From: Hydrolagus affinis
Taxonomy: Eukaryota
NCBI GenBank assembly: GCA_012026655.1
Contig: JAAILG010001214.1
Span: 1-64,000, forward strand
Direction: 5' to 3'
DNA length: 64,000 bases
The notes below the pieces were generated by a model. That model was given only the letters and a program-made list of their open reading frames with translations, was not told the origin of the DNA and made no database searches. A program made the position numbers and the translations under genes. Shown one piece after another: positions 24,771 to 37,235 of this stretch (position 1 is its first letter; each line of letters begins with the position of its first letter).

Positions 24771-25195
24771 CAACAACAAATTGTATTTCTATGGTTCTTT
24801 CATGTCAGGATGAGGCCCTGTGAGTGGGGGCGAGAAGGTGAGTGAAGGTGTGGTCAAAAATTCTTGAGACAAATCTTGAACAAGATGAGGAAATGGATGA
24901 GGTGATGAGACTCTGAGATGGAATTCTAGAGAGTTGGGGCAGAAAGGCTGACTGCCCGACTGCCAATGGTGGGATGGGCAAGGATGGCGACATAAAGCAG
25001 GCCAGTGCGTGCCAAACAGATGGAGCAGATGAATTGTTAAGGTTTTAGAAAGTCACAGATGTAGGGTTGAGCATATTCATGGAGGGCTTTAAATGTGAGG
25101 ATGAGGATCTTGAACTCGATCCTCTGGGGAATGGAGAGTCAGTGAAGGCAGGTAAGGATGGTGGTGATAGGATCACAGAGCCTTGTGTGGGAACA
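24771..25195 (-). mobile_element. L2 LINE 3' fragment, diverged
   Basis: CAACAAC tail; antisense GAGGATCTTGAACTCGATCCTCTG encodes QRIEFKIL. Confidence 0.85.
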
Positions 25196-27142
25196 TCTGA
25201 CACATTGGCATCATGTTGAACAATTTCATCTCCTCTTCTGTACAATTGTAATCATACAATGACCTTTACATTAAAGAGATTACCTTTGCATATGGTTCTA
25301 TCCAATTTTTCTATTTATTTCCTCATCCATTCTTATATTGTGTTATTACGATTTTGGTCCTATCTGCCTTGTGATTCATGTGGGCATAAAGGGATCATGC
25401 AAACATTGCGCCTGTTCTACCAGTTTTAGATTTTATAGGATTGTTCAATCCCAATGCCCTGTCCTTCCGCCATATCCTTCGATATCTCTAGTACCCAAGT
25501 ACCGATTATCTCTCTTTTAAATATACCTGTTGATTCCATGTCTGCAGCTTTCTGAGACAAAACATTCTGCATCATCATACCCCTTTGTGTAAAGAAATAG
25601 TTCCTGACCTCAGATCTAACCTTGCTTTGATTTTTAGGCTATATCTTTTATTCATATGCCAGTTACAGTGTGCAGATTTTCTTCTAAAGTTTCTGACATA
25701 CTTTAACTACAAGTGAAAGATTTCACAACAACAACAAACAACAACAAAATTACATTTATAGAGTGCAGTTGTGTTAGTAGATTAATCAACATGCTATCTA
25801 TCCTACTGGAATGGATGTAGGTTGCTGGACAGCGATTTTATGTATTTGTGAAACTATATTCTACAGAAGACTTGAGAAATTGCTGCAAAAACTAATTAGG
25901 AAAAGACAAATGAAACAAAGCGGAAAAAATAAAATCAGCTATTTGGTCCTTAGTTAATCAGATGAGCAACCAACAAGGAACTGACTGGGGAGCATGGTTG
26001 TTTAACCCACTTTGACCTCTCGCTTCCTGGCCACCACCTGGGTTCAAATGCAACCCAGATTGATTATATTAAAGGTTATTTTGTCTGTGCCAGTAAAGGT
26101 TTGAAATAAAACGAATAGGGTTATTTTCAACCCTTATGTCTGGAATAAATTGTTAGTAACTTGGCAACTATAGAGTGGGGATCTTCAGTGTGTGAGATGG
26201 GAATTCATTCAGTGATATCGAAGAGAATCCTATTTTAACTCCTGGTGTTAAGGGCATATTGTTGGTACACAGTCGATTTAATTTGTATCTGGCCATGTTA
26301 TCACTGACCTGAGAGTAATCAATGCTGCAATGGGATTCCAAAGTGTGTGAGTGCCTCAGTCCCACCATAGACATCAACTCAAATTGAGCAACATGTATTT
26401 CCACAACATTGAAAATAACTATTATACATATCGTAATAATCCTTGCATTTAGTATAGTGTCATTAGTGTCGAGTGGGCATCTCAAATTGCCCACAGGATT
26501 TATTGCAGAATGATGAAGTGACCATTTGTTTTGTAGATGAACATTTACAAATTTATCCAGACTTTCCTTGTGGCCAACATATTGAATACCAAGCATAAAC
26601 GAAGTGCCATGAGATTCACTCACCGGAATATTAGCATGCAACAAAGTGGAAAAAATATTGAGTGCACATTTAATCAGAAAGTGGCATGGTTTTAATGCTG
26701 GCTTGACGAAAACAGAATATCTGCATACTCAGTTCAAGCAATTATTTAAATGTTCCATTATTGTGAAAAAGAAAAACATTCCTGCGTAACCGCAAAAATA
26801 CTTGAACATGTGAATCTGCAGCCACGAATGTAATGCAAAATTGTGTCCCTGAAATCAAAGGAGGCAATCATGAAAAACCTTTAGTTTTCAGGTCATTCTG
26901 AAATGAACTCCACAATCCTATATATTTGATTGAAGGCAAGAAAATTATTTACAAATGAACTGATTTTCACTCTCTTCCCTCTTTCAAGATCTGTTTCACC
27001 ACGTATATCTTTGATCGCAATTTCAGAAAACTATCCTCAATCTTTCCTTGCCTTCGCTCACAACCCCAGCTCGGTTACCCCGCCAGTGGTGTGAAAGAAT
27101 TTGAGATGGCTTCCCAACATGAAGTCACTATATAACTATATA

Positions 27143-27344
27143 CAATAAAAGCCCATTTATCCGGCACCCTCGGCACCTGGCCAATGTCGGTTAAAGCGCG
27201 TGCCGGATATTCGGCCGAAAACACACAAAAAAAAATACATTGTGCTGGATAAATTCCGGTTAATTGATTGCAGACCTTTTTTTTGTGGTGCCAGTTATAC
27301 GGAAGTTACGGTTGATCGGGTCATGGATAAATGGGCATTTACAG
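27143..27344. mobile_element. Tc1/mariner-pogo (Tigger-like) MITE, 202 bp
   Basis: Imperfect TIRs: CAATAAAAGCCCATTTATCC on the left and CTGTAAATGCCCATTTATCC as the reverse complement of the right end. Flanked by TA at 27141-27142 and 27345-27346. Confidence 0.8.
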
Positions 27345-27908
27345 TAATTGTATTCGCTAATATTAAAGACTAATACAATATAACACTAATACAACTTTTG
27401 AATTAATAAGTCTTGAACAGCAGAAGACTAATACTTGGTCGAGCTTATTGCAGGCAACATTTTATGTATAGATTTGCAACATATTTTCTCTATCTTTATT
27501 CCATCAATAATCCCATCAATTATCTTTGATTCTACTTATCGCAAGAATTGTCTTTGTAACCAAACAATCTAAAATCTTCCAACTCTCATTGGCTTGACAT
27601 AACAGTTTTAAGAATGCAGCCACATTGAATTAATTCCAATACAATGGATCTCACTTGTTTACAAGCAGTTCAGTCCATGAAATGAAGATATTATTTTAAT
27701 TTGCTGTTGCATTAGTGTAGAAGAATGTGAATCAACCAGCGACTTAAACACATCAGCCCGATTTTTATACACCTCAAATATAATGTGACTGAAAACTGGA
27801 TTCATTTGTATTCACGAGCAGATCTAAGCATTTAAAAGTAATCATAAAAAATATGAAAACATAAGTTGCAAATCATAGAAATATTACAATTACATTAATC
27901 ACATTGTG

Positions 27909-28229
27909 GAGTCGTGTAGCTCAGTGGTTAGAGCACTCGCCTTACAAGTGTGAGACCTGTGTTTTAATCCAGACATGTCAGGGCAAAATCTTGGACAAGT
28001 TTCCTTACTCCACACGCCTAATAATAATCCCTCCCCAAAAAACCACAATAATAAAAAAATTAGTCATTTCAATCCACGACTGTTTGTGGGAAACTGCTGT
28101 GTGCAATTGGCTGCCACATTTAGCCCACAGATATACATTCAATTCACTTTACAATACATTCTGTGAAGCGCTTTCAGACGTCTAGAAGATGTGAAAAGCG
28201 CTATATCAAAATGCAAGAATTATTATTAA
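27909..28229 (+). mobile_element. tRNA-derived SINE, short form, full length
   Basis: GAGTCGTGTAGCTCAGTGGTTAGAGCACTCGCC head, L2-like 3' end and TTA tail. Confidence 0.92.
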
Positions 28230-29161
28230 TGTTAATTATCCATTCTGCTTAAAAAAATATTCAGCAAAAAAGTGACCTTGAATCTGAGCATGTGGAGGAC
28301 TACAACCTTAAACGTATTGGTTTGAGCTCCCAAGTGGAGATTACTCTAATTCTTTCACTATCTCCAAGGTCCACTTCATTGAACAGGGAAGAAGATTACA
28401 GGAAAGCAATAGCATGAACGGCTGTTCCTGGTACCTGGTATTCCCTCATAGGAGAGTCAGTAATAACAGCACCTGACCCCCTTTAGCAGAACGAGGTCAG
28501 ATCCAAGCAGGGCAGAGAACTGACTGTGTGGCTGCCACGGTTTAATTGAAATGTTGTGATAAATTTAACTGCAGGGTCAGATGTTACTAGCTGAGAAAGC
28601 AGGGGTCACTGGGGTCTCCTAGTGCAACTGTTCTGATTTTAGTGTCCACTGATTTGTTCACAGAGGTTGATTTACCACAGACAGGACTTGATCTTCCTTT
28701 GACCCTAAAACTGCCAGGAACAGGTATAGATAAGTTCAATGCAGAAAGAGTGCTTTATTAAACTGGGTTTCATTTTATTAGTGGGGAAGTCCTGTCAGCT
28801 CAATGTGACAGGAAGCATTCACCTTATTACTTGAGACACTGGACCTACGGGTCACTCCACATGAAGAGAGAGTTCAGCAGTTAACCAAAACAACAATAAA
28901 TAACGCAAAGATTTTAAATTAACTGGCAAGAGTACTGCTGTTGCTTGTTACAAATAAGACATTAAACTAAACCTAAATAAAGGTCATGTATTTAAAGGGA
29001 GATAAACAAATTTCCTCATTGTTTATGTTCAATGTGGTTTTTCTTGCGATAGGTTCAAAATTGGTTGCAATTCTTCAGGAAAAGTCACTGGTGAATTGTG
29101 TTGTGAATAGAAATGTGATTTCATTGTCATCAGTAAAGTGGTATGAAAAGTGGTGGTGGTG

Positions 29162-29565
29162 GTGTCCTGTAGCTCAGTGAGTGAAGCACTCATCTTGCAA
29201 GCGAGAGACCTGGGTTCAATTCCCGGCAGGGCGAAAGCCTGGGCAAATTTCCTTACTTCACATGCCTCTGTTTACCTAGCAGTAAGTTGGAACCCGGTTG
29301 TTAGTCAATTGGTGAATTGCTTTTCCAGGGGTAATAATTCCTCAAAAATAAAATTTGTTCGCTCAATCTACGACTGTTTGGGGACACTGCGGTGTTCAAT
29401 GGGTTGTCGCACCTCACCTGCAAAATAAATACACTCAATTCACATCCTACTGTGCGCAATTGGCTGCATATATGCAATCAATTCACGTTATAGAATATTC
29501 TGTAAAGCGCTTAGAGATGTCTTAAAGATGTGATAAGGCGCTATATCAAATACAAGTATTATTAT
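29162..29565 (+). mobile_element. tRNA-derived SINE, long form with CORE-like segment
   Basis: A-box TAGCTCAGTGA, B-box GGTTCAATTCC, then CCTGGGCAAAT...GCCTCTGTTTACCTAGCAGTAAG and the tail. Confidence 0.9.
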
Positions 29566-30004
29566 ATACGTATAAAGAATATATTGCTGGTGTAAAAATA
29601 TAGTTAAAGAGCATCAATTACAATAATTATGCTGGATTGCATATAACATTTTAATTAAACACTGGCCAATGCTTCCATCCTGTCATAAGAGTCTTGAGAT
29701 GTGTGAAATAAACTGTTCATTTATTCTCATGTCAAAGAAGCGACAGTAAAAATACAGTGCACTTCTTTTAGATCTTCCAGTTAACTTTAAGTAAAGAGAT
29801 AAAAGGAAAGATTGTTAAAATTGTTCTGTTTTTCAGATACAGATTCTTCCTTTACTCAGACAGACGTTCTCCTTCTCTGAGTATATTTTGTGTGCTAAGA
29901 TCTGCATTGTTAGTACTGAATAATACTGAATGTATTATTCACTTTATTCACTTTAAATGCTTTTAGAATTCATGGATCTTTAGAAATATACTAATCACAC
30001 CAAT

Positions 30005-30240
30005 GGTGTTAAATTCCACCTGCCTCTAGGTTTACTCTATTAACGTAAAATTTTAAGATATAAAATAAATTTGCAAATTGTTGAATTCAATGTTAACTTT
30101 GAAGTCCGGTTTCCTATAGTTCTTAAAAAGAAATGGACAAAGAAACTGAAAGACAAAGGTATTGAAGAATGTAACAAATTCTGGATGTTCTAAAACGCTA
30201 CAAAAATAGAATAAATCTGCACCCAGGTGCGATTTCTACC
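30005..30240. mobile_element. Old palindromic MITE-like element, copy 2
   Basis: Outer arms AAATTCCACCTG and CAGGTGCGATTT; internal blocks align with 23791-23982. Confidence 0.6.
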
Positions 30241-30548
30241 GAAAGTGTGGTAAAAATTTAATTTCCTTCCATCAGATTTCTGTAAATAAATTGGTAAAGT
30301 GCACTTAAATATAATACTTTCTAAGCTCTGAAAAAATAAGGTTTAGTTTTTCAAAAACTTTTATTTTCTTTAAAAAGCCAACTTGCAATGCAACACAATT
30401 TATCTTGTTTGTGATCATTCCTGTAAATCTTTTAAATCTTACTCCCACTTTCTCTGTATTATACATCTGTTTCTAGAGATAGAGACAAGATAAGCTGCCT
30501 AATATTGTCCACTTGCATAATACATTACTTAGGTACAGCTGGACAGGG

Positions 30549-30635
30549 TTATCTGCCTGTTAGCATGGGGAAGGCATTCATAATTACTCAATAAGAGTAA
30601 TTATGAATGCCTTCCCCATGCTAACAGGCAGATAA
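30549..30635. repeat. Perfect inverted repeat with 41-bp arms and a 5-nt loop
   Basis: 30549-30589 is the exact reverse complement of 30595-30635; the loop is AATAA. Confidence 0.98.
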
Positions 30636-30779
30636 GAGTCTTATTAGGATTTCCTCAAAAGCAATAACATATGAACCAATATCTCTCTGCACGTCCCTTA
30701 CCCATAATATCAGCTTAGACAGATAACATTTGGAAATTACATATTGAGATATAAAATAACATATGTAATACATATTAGA

Positions 30780-31085
30780 TAATAATAATCTTTGCATTTG
30801 ATATAGTGCTTTTCACATCTTATCGACGTCTCAAAGCGCTTCACAGAATATACTGTAAAGTGAATTGACTGTATATTTGTGGGCAAATCGTGGGAGCCAA
30901 TTGCACACAGCAGTGTCCCCCTAAACAGTCGTGGATTGAAATGACCAATTTATTATGGAGGGATTATTATTAGACGTGTGTGTGGAGTAAGGAAACTTGC
31001 CCAAGGTTTCGCCCTGGCGTGCCTGGATTTGAACACAGGTCTCACACTTGTAAAGCGAATGCTCTAACCACTGAACGGCAGGACA
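30780..31085 (-). mobile_element. tRNA-derived SINE, short form, full length
   Basis: Antisense to the 27909 copy from the (TAA)n tail to GCTCTAACCACTGA. Confidence 0.92.
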
Positions 31086-32129
31086 ACTCAGAAATGGTAG
31101 ATGGCAGAAGATGGGGAGAGGGGTGGTGGGGGGAATGGACGGATGGACATTGAAGCACGCATATTACAAGAACAACAATGACTCACATTATATATAATGC
31201 TCTTCATGTTGGGTTGCATCCCAGAGTGCGTACCATATTGCCATATAGTACTTTATACAATAGGTATTCATATTATTTTCCAAGAACAATTGTGTCTTTA
31301 ATAACTTCAAATCCATTTTAGATACTGAATAAAATTTTATTTGGGAGCCCTTCACATTGTTTTTTTTTGGCAGCCAAATAAATATACTAGTGTACTTGTT
31401 CCTATGGATCTTATGGGTGAACCCATACAAAACTACTACTATGTCAACCCCATTTCATACAGATATCGCGTAGAAACCCATCCCCACGCTTAAGAGCCTC
31501 CAAATCAAACTGCAGAGAATTCCACAGATGCATGGTTTCCGTTTGTTTGGAATGCAGGTCACACTCTATCCCCAGAGAGACACAGCCTGTTCACCTAATG
31601 CTGGAATGTATTACCGTTGCAGTGAACGAACTTACTTCATAAACTGAGTGGTTTGGGATCAAATTTCATGGTTGCCCAACACTGAAATATACCAGCATTA
31701 CCAACATTGTCCTTTCCATCAGATTGAATTGTTAAGAATGGGCCTAGCTGTGAATTAATTTATTGACCCATCGTGTGATTCCATACAACACTACCACTGT
31801 TTCAACAGTTTACATTTACATGAGGTTAGGAGGATATGGCAATGCAGCTCACACAACTGACTTGACTCTGGACAGAGTGGGGCGGGATGGGGAGAGGAGA
31901 TTGATGAAAGGGCCTTGCTGGGTGGGATCTTACCAGTTTTGGCCAGGTTCCTCTGGCTCCCCATTACCAAATGGATCGACTTCAAGATCCTCACAATCGT
32001 GTTCATATCCACTCATTCCCTGGCACCTAGACATTATAAAGTATAGTATCTGTGCATTTTGTAGCTGAATGTGGCAAACAATTTGTGCACAGCAATGTCC
32101 CACAAACAGCTATGAAGTGAATGACAAAC

Positions 32130-33000
32130 TCCAACATTTATTTGTATAGCTCCTTTCATGTTGTGAGGATATCCCAAGGCGTTGGATAATCAGTGTCTCA
32201 GACCCAAGCTAGGGGCCTGGTCAGAGAGGTTGGATGGCAGGGGTTGAAGGAGGGTGATCGAAGGCATGGTCGAAGCGGAGCATCTTGAGATGGGTCTTCA
32301 AGAAGACATGGGATGGGGCGAGGCAGAGAAACTGTTAGATGGAGTTCCAGAGGGTGGGGCCAGAGTAGCAGAAGGCCCATCTGCCAATGGTGGGGTAGGC
32401 GAGGTGGGGGCGACCTGAAGCAGGCTGGAGACAACTGAGTAGAGTGAGCGGGCAGGTTGATAGGGAGTTAAGAGTTTGCAGTTGTATGAAAGAGCAACAA
32501 CAACAACAACAAAATTGCATTTATAGAGAGCCTTTCATGTCAGGAGGATGTCCCAAGGTATTGGGCCATGGAGGGCTTTGAAGGTGAGGACCAGGATCTT
32601 GAACTGTATCGACTGTGTGATGGGAAGCCAATGGAGTCAGGTGAGGTTCTCGGAGCTGGTGCGGGATAGGTCAGGAGCTGCAGAGTTCTGGAAGATCTGC
32701 AGCCTATGGAGGGAGGAGTTGGGAAGGCTGACAAGCAAGGAATTTGTATAGTCAAAACTGGATGTTATGAATCCACAGAGGAGGGTTTCATCAGCCTGCA
32801 GTGTGAGACAGTGGTGGAACCGGGTGATGTTGCAAGGTGGGGCAAGGTGGAGCAGATCATGGCATGAATATGGGGTAGAAAGGATAGTTGAAGGTCAAAA
32901 AAGAAGCAAAGTTTCCGGACTGGCTTTGTAAAGTGGATTGTGCATCCTTGGATGGTGATGCGGTCAGTGCCTGAGGTATAGAGGCACTGATGAGATACAA
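32130..33000 (-). mobile_element. L2 LINE 3' fragment carrying a short second L2 tail (about 32495-32558)
   Basis: ORF track 32335-32520 gives TIGRWAFCYSGPTLWNSI; internal (CAA)n tail block. Confidence 0.85.
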
Positions 33001-33034
33001 TCAGAAGGGCCAGACCAAATTATGTTTGACAAAT

Positions 33035-33245
33035 GACACCAGAACAGTGGGAGAAACTCCCTTCACTTTTCCAATAGTACTGGAGGATCTTTAACGTCCA
33101 CTGAACAAGCAGATGAGATCTCAGCTGAATATCTCAACCGATGTTTGGCACCTCAAACAATGCATCACACTCCTAGCACTGCAATAGAGTGTCAGCCGAG
33201 ATCATAAGAATTCATAGTCTCAACGTGGAGCTTGAACCCAGTACA
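33035..33245 (-). mobile_element. Deu-domain SINE fragment
   Basis: GGATCTTTAACGTCCAC...GAGTGTCAGCC...CTTGAACCCA. Confidence 0.75.
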
Positions 33246-33910
33246 TTTTGTTAAAATTATTTTGCAGAATTAATACGATTTTCCCCTTTCTCAAATCACG
33301 TGTTACCTTTGAATATTAGAGATAGCAACTTCCAAGAATCCTTGGATCAGAAGTATTGGCTGTGTGTTTTTTGTTCTGGAATATACATCAATATTATGCC
33401 AAACGTTTTTGTGTTGGAAAACTTCAAAAAGCTAGAAATAGTTGTGATTCCTATTAATCTGGTGCTGTTTTGTCTTCAATATGTAGGCAATGTTGGAAAC
33501 AGCATATTTAAATGGACAGGCACTTTTCTTATCATCAGTGATTATTCCTGTACCGTGCTGCATACTTGTCCATTTTTCACCTCATTTAAAACGAAATGTT
33601 ACATAGGAACAAGACGTGTTGCAGTTTGCACACAGATCGTCATGAAGATAAAGAATGTATGAAAAATGTACTAGGCAGCACACGACATTTTGAAAGTACA
33701 TTTGACAGTAACACTTTTAGTTGGCAAAGTAATACTGTACATGTATAATGCAAAACGACCAGTGTCCATGGTGAATACAGCTAATGTTTTGAATCACTCA
33801 AAACAAATTGCTGATAGAAAAAAAAGACGTTTTGTTGAAATTAACTTGGAAACATTTCCAGATGAACATATCTTACAAACCTGAGTCCAGATTTGGCCTT
33901 GTTTCCTGCC

Positions 33911-34462
33911 TAATAATAATAATAATAATAATCCTTGCATTTGATATAGTGTTTTTCACATCTTCTAGACATCTCAAAGCGCTTCACAGATTAAAAAACA
34001 ACAGCAAAATTACATTTGTATAGCACCTTTAACATTGGGAGGACATCCCAAAGAACCGACCAGTCAAGATTTCAGACCCAAGCTGGGGTCAGGTTTGGGG
34101 AGGTTAAGGAGGCTATTTGGAGTGACCAATCGGACCATTGAAGAGGAGGTCTTGAGGCGGGACTTGAAGGAGGCTAGGGAGGGGGCGAGGTGGAGGGACT
34201 AACAGCAGTTAGGGACAGAGTGACTTAAGGCTCGCCCGCCGATGGTGGGTTGGAGACTATAAAGTTAATTTACTGTACATATGTGGGTGAAATGCGGTCG
34301 CCAATTGTGCACCTCAATGTCCCATGAACAGTTGTGGATTGAAATGACCAATTTTTTTTTGGGGGGGATTATTATTAGGCTTGTGGAGTAAAGAAACTTG
34401 CCCAAGGTTTATCCGGCCTCTCATTTGTAAGGCGAGTGCTCTAACCACTGAGCGACAGGACT
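33911..34462 (-). mobile_element. tRNA-SINE interrupted by an L2 3' fragment (about 33992-34257)
   Basis: SINE breaks after GCGCTTCACAGA and resumes at TAAAGTTAATTTACTG; an L2 tail and 3'UTR lie between. Confidence 0.85.
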
Positions 34463-36496
34463 CCTACCTCTCTGATCTGCTGACCTCCTATCAACTGTCT
34501 GCTCCCTCTGTTCAGCAGGCTCTGGCCTGCTTCTTGCTTCCCGCCCAACCCTCCCTACCATTGGCAGCCGGGATTTCCATTCTTTTCACTCAACAGTACA
34601 TTAACACTATCACCTTCAATGGGTTTTACTCTGTAATATTTGGTTCCAACAGGTTTGAAAAAGTTCAAGGTCGCTAGAAATAATTTCCAGAATCCTAGTT
34701 CACAAAATATAATAATATTCATATAATAATGTAAGAAAAATAATTCTTGCACTTTTACAAAGCCTTTCCCATTGGGAAGAGATCTTCAAGTCCTTCACTG
34801 GATCTACTGTTAAGTGTAATGACTATGCATTTTGTCAGCAAATGTGACAGTCAACTTGTGCACAGCAAAGGCCCACAAACAGCGAAGAACTGAATGAACT
34901 ATTTTACCTGGGAGACGGATGGCCTGGACATCAGTAGAAATTTCCTTCTATTTTCAAATGTTAATGATAATAATAATAATACTTGCATTTGATACATCTT
35001 CAAGACATTTCAAAGCACTTCACAAAATATGCCGTAAAGTGAATTGACTGTAATTTTTGTATGGGTACCATAGGATCCTTCCACTTGAACAAGTGGCACC
35101 TCAGTTGGACAGATCCTCCAACAATGCAGTGCTTTCCCACTGGAGTGACAGCCCGGACTGTGATTTCAAAATCACACCAAAATCACTTGAATTGATGTAG
35201 CATCCTTCCACTTGAACAAGGATAACGTCTTAGAGCACCACAGAGTGTTAGGGTTGAATGCTGAGCAAGGGAGAGAGGAATGGGGAGTGGTGACCATGGT
35301 TGAAGAGGCAAGTTTTCAGGGGTATTTAAAAATAGATGAAGAGGGGCTGATGTGGACGGATTCAGGCAGGAATTTCAAGCTCTATAACCTCATCGACAGG
35401 GGACAGAGTTCTACCAACTAAACCAGGCTGCCACAAAAGCATAAACTTACTGTTCCAGCCGTTCTACATGTATATTTATGAATGTATCAGTTCAAATCAC
35501 AACCATAGAAATTCACGGCACAACATAAAGCCATTTGGCTCATTTTGTTGGCTCTTTGCAGCAATCCATGCAGTCCCTTTTACTCATTTTTGGACATCTA
35601 TCAAGTTCCTTTTTAAAAGCTAATTCAAGGATTATTATTACTGTAATAATTTGGATCCTACCCCCAACCGCAACACCTGAGTCTTTTATTTTTTGTTAAT
35701 ATGAGCTCCTACCAGTGTTTTGACCTTAATATGTTGCTTACAAGCTGGGGATAGCTGATCCATCCCTGTCCCTTCTGGAGGGAGGGCTTGCTGTGAGACC
35801 AGAAGCTCATTAATGTTACACCTGTTGTGGAAGCACTAGGACAAGCTTTAAAATATTGAACCTGAAGCCTACAGACTACGCTAGTTACTTAATCCTTTGA
35901 CAATCACTGTTAATGCTGCTCTTGTCTCTTTTGAAGACCCTCGAGTATCGGCAGAATCCTCGCCTGCAAATCATGGAACCTGACATTGCACAGCACCAGG
36001 GAGGCAGAGCAGGTGGTAGGTCTTCAAAGCACTGCTTGCTGCAGGACCAGCAGCTCATTAATGTTAAAAAGGCAGATGTCTGAATAAATGTCTACAATCA
36101 TAATTCAACTTCATTATTCATTATCTTTCCATCCTTTTCATAGGCAATAATGATGACGTAATGTTGATAGAACAGTTTGACCAGAGTATCCACTCCACTG
36201 ATCTAACTTGGAGGCATACACCTTGCAAGCTATTGTTCTTCATGCATTTATTGATATTGTGCCCTGGTTTTTCAATCCTAAAGATCTAACACTACTTCCA
36301 TATACAATACTTCAGGATATGACATGATATTTTATACCAGTGATGAACTTTGCATGTTTCTTGACAAATGATGCACGTGTCATTCTTGCAAGACTTTTAA
36401 ATTTAAATGAATTTTAAATAAATACCTTTTTATTTAAGTTTTATTTAAAACTTATGTTTACAGTATCTTATTGTAACACAATCTCACAACTGTTAT

Positions 36497-36972
36497 TAAT
36501 ACTATCCCGCACTAGGCTCCACAACCACATCATTCCCACTCTTGCCCGTCTCCACTGGCTTCCCATCCCCCAGAGAGTCGAATTCAAGATCCTCGTCCTC
36601 ACTTTCAAGGCCATTTACGGCCTTGCCCTCGCCTATCTCTCCGACCTGCTGTCTTCCTATCAGCCTGCCTGTCCCCTCCATTTAGCGGGCTCTGGCCTGC
36701 TCCATGTCCTCCGCCCGAACCACCTCACCATCGGCGGCTGGACTTTCAGCCTCTCTGCCCCCACACTCTGGAACTCCATCCTGCAATCCCTTCACCTTGC
36801 TTCCTCCCTTTCCTCGTTCAAGACCTTCCTCTTCGACCACGCCTTCTGCCCCCCTCCTAACTCTCCCCCCTCTCCTACTCTCCTTCCTCATACCACCCCA
36901 CCCCCCCACAGCTCGGGTCCCGACTTAACTGTTCAGCGTCTTTAAACTCTATAAATATAATTTTGTTGTTGT
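36497..36972 (+). mobile_element. L2 LINE 3' fragment with open ORF2 C-terminus
   Basis: ORF 36454-36945: HIIPTLARLHWLPIPQRVEFKILVLTFKAIYGLA...WTFSLSAPTLWNS; TTG tail. Confidence 0.95.
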
Positions 36973-37104
36973 AATGTCTTTCAATTAGTATTCTGTAATC
37001 CGTACCTTACACAGGTAAAGATATAGAAGTGTTTTTCAAGCAATCGAAACAACTAACACATTTAATTTCATCATATTGGCTTGTGGCTCTTGCAGTTATA
37101 ATAC

Positions 37105-37235
37105 CGAACTGAGAAACTTTGTTCTCTTTTCAAATAGTGCCATGAGGTTTTTAACATCCACCTGAAAAGTCAGACTGAACCCATAACCTTATGACTCGGA
37201 GGAGAGAATGCTACCACTGAGCCAGGCTGACACAC
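37105..37235 (-). mobile_element. Deu-domain SINE, internally deleted fragment
   Basis: AATAGTGCCATG...TTAACATCCACCTGA joined directly to the head GACTCGGA...GAGCCAGGCTGACAC. Confidence 0.7.

Noticed and set aside
26168-26644. 158-aa minus-strand ORF
   Set aside because: It spans a decayed SINE tail and has no domain
27909-27985. tRNA gene (also at 10528, 29162, 49304)
   Set aside because: The A and B boxes belong to SINE heads, which continue into SINE body and tail with no Pol III terminator or intact cloverleaf
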